A stretch of 64,000 nucleotides of DNA from NCBI GenBank assembly GCA_038886535.1, contig JAVZXS010000001.1:180636-244635 (forward strand), written 5' to 3'. Every line of letters begins with the position of its first letter. The stretch's first letter is position 1. Source of the DNA: Candidatus Micrarchaeia archaeon (lineage in GTDB: Archaea > Micrarchaeota > Micrarchaeia > CABMEP01). A program made the position numbers and the translations under genes. Positions 30,346 through 39,011 of this stretch are shown in pieces. The notes under the pieces were generated by a model. The model did not search any database, was not told the DNA's origin, and worked only from the letters and a program-made list of their open reading frames with translations.

Positions 30346-30390
30346 TCTAATTTTATTTTATTACTTATTGCGATCATTGATAAAGGATTT

Positions 30391-31263
30391 TTAGTTATCT
30401 TTTTCGTTTGTTTTTCCATCTTTTTTTGATTCATCACTTTGAAATTCACCTTCGTTTTGTTTATTTTTATTTTTTTCCATTTCTATTTTTTTTGTCTTAA
30501 TCAATCGTTCTTTACCGGTCTTTAAAACATGAAATAGATGTGTTATCCAATATAGATCCATGCATTTGTTAACGAAACTTATTACTGTATTTGGTTCTTC
30601 CTTCATTAAAATATCAAATATAATAAATTCATTTTGTATTTCCTTTTTGTATTCTTTTGTCTTTTCAATTAATTCATTTATCCATTTTCTGGATTCGATA
30701 CAAGTACATATCGTATTTTTACACATATACAAATGATTAATAAATTCATGTCCTTCCTTTGTATCAAGTATATTAAATAATGGATCTATTATTTCTATTT
30801 CCGATGCATATTTATTTTTGAGGCCGATGGCATTAAGCCATCCAATTTCTTCAGGAGTAATAGTGAAAAATTTACTTCCCATTATAGAATACATTGTTCT
30901 TGTAAGTTCCCAGTAGGGTTTCTCAATCTTCTTATTTTTTTTACCAAAGAATAAATTGAATATCATCTTTGGGTTAGAACCAGAACGTCTAACTGCAGTT
31001 AATACATCTTCTGCCGCATTCATTTTTCTTTCCCATATAACAGAATTTGATTTAGCCTTTGATAACACTTCAATAAGTTTTTCCTTTTCCAATTCTTTAT
31101 AATTCACTTTAGAAAAAGTATCTCCTATACTTAGTATTATTTCTTCCACGGGAACTTGTTTTTTTAACTTCAGATAGATCTCCTTTTCTTTCGCACTTAA
31201 TTTGAAAAAAACATTTTTATCAAGTTGTCTACTATATTTTTCATTGTCAAAATTAAATTTCAT
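30391..31263 (-). CDS. Hypothetical protein
   Basis: 290-aa ORF with a K/E-rich tail. Confidence 0.4.
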   Translation of the reverse strand: MKFNFDNEKYSRQLDKNVFFKLSAKEKEIYLKLKKQVPVEEIILSIGDTFSKVNYKELEKEKLIEVLSKAKSNSVIWERKMNAAEDVLTAVRRSGSNPKMIFNLFFGKKNKKIEKPYWELTRTMYSIMGSKFFTITPEEIGWLNAIGLKNKYASEIEIIDPLFNILDTKEGHEFINHLYMCKNTICTCIESRKWINELIEKTKEYKKEIQNEFIIFDILMKEEPNTVISFVNKCMDLYWITHLFHVLKTGKERLIKTKKIEMEKNKNKQNEGEFQSDESKKDGKTNEKDN

Positions 31264-31382
31264 AGTCTCAAATTTTAAACGCAGTATATATTTTTAAATA
31301 TTCTTATTTTGATACCAAAAACACAACTAATAGTATCAAATTTAGCTTAATAAGACAATCGATTCCACATAAAAGTAGATAA

Positions 31383-31457
31383 TGGGCCGGGGGAGATTTG
31401 AACTCCCGACCTCGTGATTATCAGTCACGCGCTCCAACCTGGCTAAGCTACCGGCCC
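31383..31457 (-). tRNA. tRNA-Ile (anticodon GAU)
   Basis: Acceptor GGGCCGG/CCGGCCC, anticodon arm CGTGA-CTGATAA-TCACG, T-loop GGTTCAAATCC(rc). Confidence 0.85.
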
Positions 31458-31609
31458 TTTAAAGTGATCTATTAAAATAATTTTATTACATATTGTAGTG
31501 AAACTTAAAATATCTTTCTTTTTGAATCTCTATTTCTACCCATTGAACCTTTATAAATTTATTTAATAATTATTTATCTGGCACCAATTGAATTATCAAG
31601 AGGCAGACG

Positions 31610-32590
31610 ATGAGAATAACACTTTCAGATGGAAGAGTATTAGGTATAGAAACATCTAAAGATGCAGATATAGTGTATATATCACATGCTCATTCTGATC
31701 ATTCTAGAAAGGGAAACATATTTTCATCGCAGCAAACCTTCGATCTTCTTAATTTAGATGGAAAGACGTCGATATTACATAAAATAGATAAAGATGTTAA
31801 TCTATACCCTGCAGGACATATTCTTGGCTCTACTCAAATAGAATTTACAAATGGCCATTCGGTTGTATATACTGGAGATATGAAACTTAGAGAAGGTTTT
31901 ACTAGTGAGAGAGCAGAAATAATAAGATGTGATGAGTTACATATAGATTGTACATTTGGCCATCCTGATTTTGAATTTGATTCAAAAGAGGTAATTGCTG
32001 ATAGAATAGACAGATGGACAAGAACAAGGTTAATGGTCGGGAATAATGTAGTTTTTGGAGCCTATTCAACAGGAAAGGCACAGGAGCTTATCTATATATT
32101 AAACAAGTATTCAAATATTACTCCTGTCGTTGATCAAAGCATAGAAGAAAAATGTAAAATATACGAAAAATATGGAATAAGGCTTGATAGAGTTGTTATT
32201 GGTAGTAAAGAAGCTGCTGAAATAATGAAAGATAAGTTTGTTTATATAATTCCATTTAATCTTGTTAATCCACAATCCGAAAAATGGTTAACTACTCAAT
32301 ATAAACAAGTTTCATTTGCAATTGTTACAGGTTGGGCTAAGAAATATAGATATAAGTATCATGCTTTTCCTTTAAGCGATCATGCAGGTTTCTCTGAAAT
32401 ATTAGCTTATATTGAGGAGTCTGATGCAAAAGAGATTATTTGTCATTATGGAAATGCTATGTTTATGAGTAAATACTTACGCTCAAAAGGTTATAATTCA
32501 TTCACAGATAAAGAATGGGAATACAGAAATAGATTTAATGAACCTTTAACAAAAAGTTCAATTAAAGAACAATTAACGATTTCAATTTGA
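31610..32590 (+). CDS. Metallo-beta-lactamase fold, beta-CASP-like hydrolase (putative nucleic-acid processing nuclease)
   Basis: HxHxDH motif ISHAHSDHS. C-terminal PLSDHAGFSEIL resembles beta-CASP motifs. Confidence 0.5.
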   Translation: MRITLSDGRVLGIETSKDADIVYISHAHSDHSRKGNIFSSQQTFDLLNLDGKTSILHKIDKDVNLYPAGHILGSTQIEFTNGHSVVYTGDMKLREGFTSERAEIIRCDELHIDCTFGHPDFEFDSKEVIADRIDRWTRTRLMVGNNVVFGAYSTGKAQELIYILNKYSNITPVVDQSIEEKCKIYEKYGIRLDRVVIGSKEAAEIMKDKFVYIIPFNLVNPQSEKWLTTQYKQVSFAIVTGWAKKYRYKYHAFPLSDHAGFSEILAYIEESDAKEIICHYGNAMFMSKYLRSKGYNSFTDKEWEYRNRFNEPLTKSSIKEQLTISI

Positions 32591-32615
32591 AGTTGATCTA
32601 ACTTTACTCTTAAAT

Positions 32616-33677
32616 TTAGCAGCTCATATGTTTCCTTAAAAATTTGTAAGCATAAATTATTGAACTTATTAATCCAATTGTTTCAATTATATTTTCTTTC
32701 CATTTTTTAAGGTCTCCATGTATGCCTTTTCCTGGTATTAAAACAAGCTCTACTTTTTTATTTTCTTGCTTTAGTGTTTTATATATCTTCAATGAACCAG
32801 TAACTGGAACTATATCATCCATGATACCATGTTCGATTAATAACGGTACTTTTAAATCCTTACAATAAGTAATTGGTGATCCATTAGTAAACAGATAACT
32901 ATCAGAAGTATCGGTTATTCCTAGACTTTCAACATATTTATTATAATCCGATAAAACTCTACGAGTATTTTCAGGTATATCTCTTTCTTTAAGTTTGTTT
33001 TTCATATAATTAAATTGCTCTGCTAAATCATCAAAAGGTGAAATAGATATTCCACATTTGATGTTATGTCTTTCTACGAACTCTTGTGAAGAACAGGCTT
33101 TGTACACAATAATGTTTCCACCACTAAGTCCAATTATTGCACTTTTATTCTCTAGCAGTTCTTTTTCTTGATATTTAGTTTTAAGAAAATCAAATGCATC
33201 CATGTAATCTTCTGCCTCTGTGCTTTTTAGTTCATTTCTTGATCTTACGCTAAATACACGATAACCAAGACAGGCAATAATTTTACCAACCATTGAAAAG
33301 TTAAAAAGATCTCTTTTATATCCGCTATCAAACGCAATTAGAGGTAAAGGATTTTTTGTATCTGAACTGTATATTATTCCTTCTATGGCTTCTTTATTTC
33401 TATTGAGGTACCAGAACCGCTTAGATTTTATTTCATTTATTTTTCTTAACTTCAAGATTACACTTGGAAGATAAAATGTAGTTTGAAGAGTAAAGTTAAT
33501 CAAAGAAGGAGTATCATTTATCACATATATATCTTCTATTTTTTTCTTTCTATATGTTTGATTAAAAAATTCGCCTATTTGTTCTATTGCTAATTTTATG
33601 ATTTTAAATACATTTTGATTATTTTCATTGGAAATTTCATTTTTTAATTTGTATTTTGCCATATGAAAATAAAACAT
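32616..33677 (-). CDS. Alpha/beta-hydrolase (esterase or S9-peptidase-like)
   Basis: Nucleophile elbow GLSGG. C-terminal Asp/His region HGIMDDIVP...GKGIHGD. Confidence 0.6.
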   Translation of the reverse strand: MFYFHMAKYKLKNEISNENNQNVFKIIKLAIEQIGEFFNQTYRKKKIEDIYVINDTPSLINFTLQTTFYLPSVILKLRKINEIKSKRFWYLNRNKEAIEGIIYSSDTKNPLPLIAFDSGYKRDLFNFSMVGKIIACLGYRVFSVRSRNELKSTEAEDYMDAFDFLKTKYQEKELLENKSAIIGLSGGNIIVYKACSSQEFVERHNIKCGISISPFDDLAEQFNYMKNKLKERDIPENTRRVLSDYNKYVESLGITDTSDSYLFTNGSPITYCKDLKVPLLIEHGIMDDIVPVTGSLKIYKTLKQENKKVELVLIPGKGIHGDLKKWKENIIETIGLISSIIYAYKFLRKHMSC

Positions 33678-33799
33678 TTGGTATATATAAATATTATTTA
33701 AAGGCTACAATTTGGTTTGTTGAAAATTGTGTAATTAATCAGAAAAAATAAAAAAACAAAAAAAGAAACCCACAAGGATTTATTAACGCATTGTGAATT

Positions 33800-34045
33800 T
33801 TATATTTTTTCTCCTACTGCGCTTTTTCCACGAACTTGTGTTATTTTTACTTTACAAGATTCTCCTGCAGATGTTCCAGGGACGAATATAACAAATCCTT
33901 GGATTTTTCCTATTCCATCTCCCTTCCCACCAACAGCTTCTATTGTAAGGTCGACTTCGTCACCTTCCTTTACAGGTTTAGGTGCAAAATTTCCGCGGCC
34001 GCGGAATCTTCCGCGTCTGAATCCGCCACGTCTTTCTTCTTCCAT
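33800..34045 (-). CDS. Small TRAM-domain RNA-binding protein with RGG-rich N terminus
   Basis: EGDEVDLTIEAVGGKGDGIGKIQGFVIFVPGTSAGESCKVKITQV is typical of archaeal stand-alone TRAM proteins. Confidence 0.7.
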   Translation of the reverse strand: MEEERRGGFRRGRFRGRGNFAPKPVKEGDEVDLTIEAVGGKGDGIGKIQGFVIFVPGTSAGESCKVKITQVRGKSAVGEKI

Positions 34046-34294
34046 TATTTCACACTCCAGATTCTGTCTTTAGTGGGACGTATTCTTTTTCTCAATCAAG
34101 CAAAGCAAAATCAGCAATCATCTTAGATGTACTGTTTGTTTTCTTGTGAGAATTAGTATTTTAATCCCACATACTTTGTAATATAATATCAGATAATGTT
34201 TATATATCTATGTATCTTTTATGTGCAGCCTGATTGTAATTATTAAGTTTTTAAATTTAATCTGACATTAATTAATAGAAGATAGGGTGGTATT

Positions 34295-34978
34295 TTGCCA
34301 AATAACAAAAAAGATGAGAAACTAGATATTCAAGAGGAAACAGCTTCTTTTTTAGACATTAATCCAAAAGAGATGAAACGTTCTCTAATTTCAAATATAA
34401 AGAAACAATTAATTCTTTTTTCTATATCTCCCTTTACTACAGATGTCGTTCTTTCATATAAAATAGTCTATGATTTTCTAACTTCAAATCCAAATAAAAA
34501 GGCAGTATGGTTTTCAATCGACAAGCCAGTTAACAAAGTTGTTAAGGAATTCAAAGATAATGGATTTGATATTCAAGACCATAGCGAAAGAATAATCTTT
34601 ATTGATGCAATTAGTAAACCAATTGCAGATTCAAAGAATAATAAAAATTTTACTGTCAACTTTATAGAAAATCCGGACAATCTAGTTGAGATCTCAATGA
34701 CGCTTCAAGATATATTTTCCGATCCGGCAATTGAAATTGCAGTGATTGATTCTTTAAATGGACTTCTCGCATTCAACAGTGAAAAAAATGTGTTAAAATT
34801 TATGCGTTTCTTATCAACTATTGCAGAAGAAACAGACACAGCCATTATATCAGTTTTTTATAAAGATGAATATCCTAAGGAATTAGAATCAGCATTTCAA
34901 ATTCCTTGTGATGGATTGCTTCAAGTAAACGAAGATAAAATAGTCTTAAAAAAGAAATTAGAGACAATAACAATTTGA
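34295..34978 (+). CDS. Hypothetical protein, possibly a degenerate KaiC/RecA-like domain without a Walker A motif
   Basis: Weak resemblance only (AVWFSIDKP...IIFIDAIS). Confidence 0.3.
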   Translation: MPNNKKDEKLDIQEETASFLDINPKEMKRSLISNIKKQLILFSISPFTTDVVLSYKIVYDFLTSNPNKKAVWFSIDKPVNKVVKEFKDNGFDIQDHSERIIFIDAISKPIADSKNNKNFTVNFIENPDNLVEISMTLQDIFSDPAIEIAVIDSLNGLLAFNSEKNVLKFMRFLSTIAEETDTAIISVFYKDEYPKELESAFQIPCDGLLQVNEDKIVLKKKLETITI

Positions 34979-35017
34979 CTTATATATGGTCATAGTTGTT
35001 ATTGATAGAGTGATTTA

Positions 35018-36058
35018 ATGAAAAGATTTATTCTATTGCTTGCTTTTTGTATGATTTTTCTTCCATCAATTCATTTACAAATAGCAAATGAGCAGCTCTT
35101 TGTAAGTATCAAATCAATAGACACGATTATTAATATAAATTCAACCACAAATTTAAGTAAAATAATCCCTAATTACGAATATATTATTCCAATAACAATT
35201 AGTTGGAATGTTCCTGATACTTCTCTAAAAAATATAAATGCGGAAAATATTACTATATTTATTAAAGCCACAATTGAAAGCGGAAATGAATTTGTCTATT
35301 TTAAAGATGACAATAAAAGAGTTAATACTAGCTATATTATACTAGTTTGTCATCTAGATAAAAAATCATTAAGTGAGTCATTATGTAGTTTTAATTCAAG
35401 CTTGACAAAATCAATAAATGCCTATGTTTATTTAAACAGTTCAAAATCAAATGAAATAAATTCAACTATACTTTTTAGTGCAAGTTTAACTCCATTTGAG
35501 GATTTTATTCCAATATATCAAGAATCTCTGTCTCTTCGAAAAGAATTGGATGAAATTAAAAAGAATGTAAACATTTCAGATCCAGTACTAGAAACTAAAA
35601 TTAACGAAATAGAGGAAGCCATCAACGCTTTTCATGTAGAAGAAGCAAGAACAGGAATTACAGATCTTAATTTAAAGACAGGAAATCTACTTGGTTTATT
35701 TTCTTTGATACCTGCTAAAATTAATTCACTTTTGATGTCGCTCTTTAGTTTCTTAGCTCCAACTTCAAAAGTTTATATTCCAATTTTCTTATCAATTATA
35801 ATAATTATATCTGCTCTGATTCTAAATCTAAGAAGAGGATCAAAATACGGAATAATAATAGCTGCAATATTGGTTATTTTTGCATCTTTATTTTCATTAT
35901 TAGACCAATTAATTTTGATTTTAATTGATTTATTACTAGTTATATTAATTCTTTCTATCATATATGCCAGAAAAAATAACGGTAAGAGAAGATTCAGAGC
36001 AAGCGACAATTATTTAGATTCTGATTATGAGGAACTTATAAAGAGAAGAAATAGGTAA
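35018..36058 (+). CDS. Secreted membrane protein (signal peptide, C-terminal TM helices)
   Basis: Hydrophobic N terminus and three C-terminal hydrophobic helices. Confidence 0.45.
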   Translation: MKRFILLLAFCMIFLPSIHLQIANEQLFVSIKSIDTIININSTTNLSKIIPNYEYIIPITISWNVPDTSLKNINAENITIFIKATIESGNEFVYFKDDNKRVNTSYIILVCHLDKKSLSESLCSFNSSLTKSINAYVYLNSSKSNEINSTILFSASLTPFEDFIPIYQESLSLRKELDEIKKNVNISDPVLETKINEIEEAINAFHVEEARTGITDLNLKTGNLLGLFSLIPAKINSLLMSLFSFLAPTSKVYIPIFLSIIIIISALILNLRRGSKYGIIIAAILVIFASLFSLLDQLILILIDLLLVILILSIIYARKNNGKRRFRASDNYLDSDYEELIKRRNR

Positions 36059-36079
36059 GTAAGAATCTAAAAATATAAT

Positions 36080-36370
36080 GGAGCGGCAGACTATAGTCGA
36101 TCTTTTGTATATGCAGCATTCGACTAAGCGGCTCAAAGGCCTTGCATCTCATCGTGTGATGTGAGTCGTTTCATTCAACTGTATCGTCTCCTTTCGTCAT
36201 TCTCATCCTTTACAGTTGATTCGTTTCTAGTCTCACATCATGCCCTTAAAGCATTTTTTCACTCGATGGATCGAACTTCCTCAGAAATAACAGAGTTTTT
36301 CGAACTCTTTAGCACATCTGCTATTTGAGATCGATAACTGTTATTTCCGTTAGCTGCAGTCCACCACTCC
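36080..36370 (-). ncRNA. rnpB: Candidate RNase P RNA
   Basis: On the minus strand there is a 14-bp terminal helix (GGAGUGGUGGACUG / CAGUCUGCCGCUCC). A 10-bp P3-like hairpin (GAAAUAACAG...CUGUUAUUUC) is immediately followed by GAGGAAGUUCGAUCC, close to the universal P4 5' strand AGGAAAGUCCGG. GUGAAAAAAUGC..UAAGGGCAU resembles GGUGAAA..GGUAAG of CR-II/III. CCGCUUAGUCGAAU can pair with the P4 5' strand. GC is raised relative to the flanks. The overlapping minus ORF 36259..36444 is judged spurious. Confidence 0.55.
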
Positions 36371-36459
36371 AAAGTATTTACTAAATCAGAGTATATAAAT
36401 CTAACTTTTAATCTAAAAATTGTAAGCAAAGATAAATAGAACAAATTAAAAAGAAATCG

Positions 36460-36651
36460 TTAATCTTTTGTACCTAGTGCTTTGGAGATTATATCTAAGA
36501 TACAGAATCCAGTAAATGCACCCTGTATCATCATCAAAGCCACAAAAGCAGCGAGTGCAATACCTATGGTTACATTACCACTATAAGCCAAAAACGCCCC
36601 TATAAGAATAAGTAATCCTCTTCCAAGGTCCCTAATTTGTGCCATTTTCAT
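36460..36651 (-). CDS. Small DUF2892-like (YgaP-type) membrane protein
   Basis: 63 aa, two TM helices, conserved GAFTGFC. Confidence 0.45.
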   Translation of the reverse strand: MKMAQIRDLGRGLLILIGAFLAYSGNVTIGIALAAFVALMMIQGAFTGFCILDIISKALGTKD

Positions 36652-36679
36652 ATTTTCTCCACCTTCGCAATGTTTTTAG

Positions 36680-36754
36680 CGGGCCCGAGGGGATTTGAAC
36701 CCCTGACCTGCCGGTTAAAAGCCGGACGCTCTGGCCAAGCTGAGCTACGGGCCC
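36680..36754 (-). tRNA. tRNA-Lys (anticodon UUU)
   Basis: Acceptor GGGCCCG/CGGGCCC, anticodon arm TCCGG-CTTTTAA-CCGGC, T-loop GGTTCAAATCC(rc). Confidence 0.8.
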
Positions 36755-37294
36755 ATAAAGATATAAAAGAGATTAGTAAATATTATTGCCAGATTATTTT
36801 ATTAAATGTTTCTATTTTAACTAAACGGACGTTAGAAATTTTTGTATATTATTTTTGTTATTTTTATATGTAGTTTTCAAAGAAAGATGAAAGAATCAGC
36901 TAGTTTGGAAAAGGACATTAAATTTCAAAAATCAATTTCTGAGAATATCGATGATAAATTTAGTAAGATACTTCCTTTAGGAATAGTTGATTTTTGTTTA
37001 AAATCTGATGAGCCAATAGATTTTTCTTTTATTATATCTAATGGAATTGATAATATTAAAATTATTCGATTAAATTCATACAAATGATAATTTTTTCCTT
37101 TGTTGCAAGAAAAACATGCAAGCAAATAAAAATAACTTTATAAGAAAGATATCTAAAACAGATGAATTGTGCCACAATGCAGAAATTATGACTTTGAAAA
37201 CGCTTTTAATTACTTATGCATATGCTTCTAGTCATGATCCATTTAAAATAGATTCAATTCAAGATAAAATAAAATTAGAAGTTAGTTCAGTCTG

Positions 37295-38764
37295 TTATAT
37301 TTCTATCTTCTTAAATAGCATTACTGCTTTTAATTCATGCCCTTCTTTTAGAACTGGTTTTTCAACATCTTTCCATTCAGGTTTTATACCGAGTGATTCA
37401 CATGCGATTTTTCCAGAATTTGGCATGAATGGATAATATAAAAGTACAGATGTCCTAAGAAGCTGAGCTCCGAAATTAAGGACTGAACCTGCCTTTTCTT
37501 TATCTTCCTTAATTATTTTCCAAGGTTCATTTTCTTGGATGTATTTATTTGCGATTGTTGAAACCTCTACTGCAGTTGAAAGCGCTTTTGTAAGTTCATA
37601 TTCCTGCATTTCGCTTTCATATCTTTTTACAAGAGAGGAGATCTGATTAAGAATTTCATTTTCCTTTTCGCCATATTTTGCTGAAGGAAGCTTTCCATTA
37701 TAGTTTTTCTGTATAAAGGAAGTTATTCTATAGAAAAGATTGCTATAATTTGCAACAACCTCGTTATTTATTCTCTCTTTAAGTGCAACTTCTGAGAAAT
37801 CTCCATCCTCACCAAGAGAAATGTCTCTTAACATGTAATATCTAATTCCATCAATTGTATATTTTTCAGAGAGACTAACAGGGTCTATTACATTTCCTAA
37901 AGATTTAGACATCTTTTGACCGTTTACTGTAAAGAATCCATGCACATACATAGTTTTTGGTAGAGGATATCCTGCAGACATCAGCATACCTATCCAAGTT
38001 ATGCAATGGAATCTCGCAATATCTTTTCCAAGAAGTTGGACCTCTGGTGGCCAGTATTTTTCAGGTAATAGATAATTAATCAATGCATCAAACCATACCC
38101 AAAACTTGTGATCCTTGTCTATAGGAAGATCTATTCCCCATTTTAAACCTGGTCTTGAGATAGATGTATCAATTAAACCTTGCTTAAGGAAGCTAATTAT
38201 TTCATTTCTTCTTTTTTCTGGCTTTATGAAATCAGGGTTTTTTTCTATATGTTCCAATATCTTGTCTCTATACTTAGATAGTTTAAAATAGTAATTTTCT
38301 TCTCTTATCTTCTTTAGCTGTTTTTTGTGAATAGGACACAACCCATCTGGTGCATCTTTTTCCAGTTTAAACTCTTCACATCCGTCGCAATATAATCCTT
38401 CATACACTCCTTTATATATATCTCCCTTTTCATAGATTTTGGTAAAGAACTTGATAACATTTTTCTTATGTCTTTCCTCTGTAGTTCTTATGAAGTCATC
38501 ATAAGTAAGATTTAGCTTCTGCCACGCGTTTTTCCATTTTTCAGCCATTTCATCTGTGTATTTTTGTATATCACTGTATCCCTTTGCCTCTGCAGCCTGA
38601 ACCGTCTTTACTGAATTTTCATCAAGTCCAGTTAAGAAGAAAGTATCGTCCCCTTTCATTCTATGCCATATTGCAAGAATGTCTGCAATTATTGTAGTGT
38701 ATGCGCTTCCAATATGTGGTAGATCATTAATATAATATATTGGAGTTGTAACATAGAATTTCAT
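37295..38764 (-). CDS. metG: Methionyl-tRNA synthetase (catalytic core, short form)
   Basis: HIGH motif PHIGSAYT, KMSKS motif [10 protein letters not shown], Zn-knuckle CDGCEE..CPIH. Confidence 0.9.
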   Translation of the reverse strand: MKFYVTTPIYYINDLPHIGSAYTTIIADILAIWHRMKGDDTFFLTGLDENSVKTVQAAEAKGYSDIQKYTDEMAEKWKNAWQKLNLTYDDFIRTTEERHKKNVIKFFTKIYEKGDIYKGVYEGLYCDGCEEFKLEKDAPDGLCPIHKKQLKKIREENYYFKLSKYRDKILEHIEKNPDFIKPEKRRNEIISFLKQGLIDTSISRPGLKWGIDLPIDKDHKFWVWFDALINYLLPEKYWPPEVQLLGKDIARFHCITWIGMLMSAGYPLPKTMYVHGFFTVNGQKMSKSLGNVIDPVSLSEKYTIDGIRYYMLRDISLGEDGDFSEVALKERINNEVVANYSNLFYRITSFIQKNYNGKLPSAKYGEKENEILNQISSLVKRYESEMQEYELTKALSTAVEVSTIANKYIQENEPWKIIKEDKEKAGSVLNFGAQLLRTSVLLYYPFMPNSGKIACESLGIKPEWKDVEKPVLKEGHELKAVMLFKKIEI

Positions 38765-39011
38765 TCTATCCCCTGTTCATAATCACCAGAAATATGGTTA
38801 TAAAAAATATATAAATTACACAATATATTTATCAGTTGATATATTTTATAATTTAACTGTTTAATTCGTCTGTTCAAATAAGTTATTAATTTATTCGAAT
38901 AAAGATTATTAGTAGTGGGGGGTCAGATTAAGTTTATTAAGATATCGCTGTTGAAATTTTAAATGTTTAAAGTATCTTTATTTTCTAGTCTGTGATATTT
39001 AATGTGATAAA

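Noticed and set aside
36080-36370. SRP (7S) RNA as an alternative identity for the structured RNA
   Set aside because: There is no Alu or S-domain consensus (GGUGCUGUU..., GNAR tetraloop helix 8 motifs). The P4-like GAGGAAGUUCG favours RNase P.
36259-36444. 61-aa minus-strand ORF
   Set aside because: It overlaps the region that folds as an RNase P-like RNA and has no protein features.
36842-37087. 81-aa plus ORF downstream of tRNA-Lys
   Set aside because: There are no recognisable motifs and it sits in AT-rich spacer. It may be a real small protein but is unsupported.
37116-37436. 106-aa plus ORF
   Set aside because: It overlaps the 3' end of metG on the opposite strand, with no supporting features.
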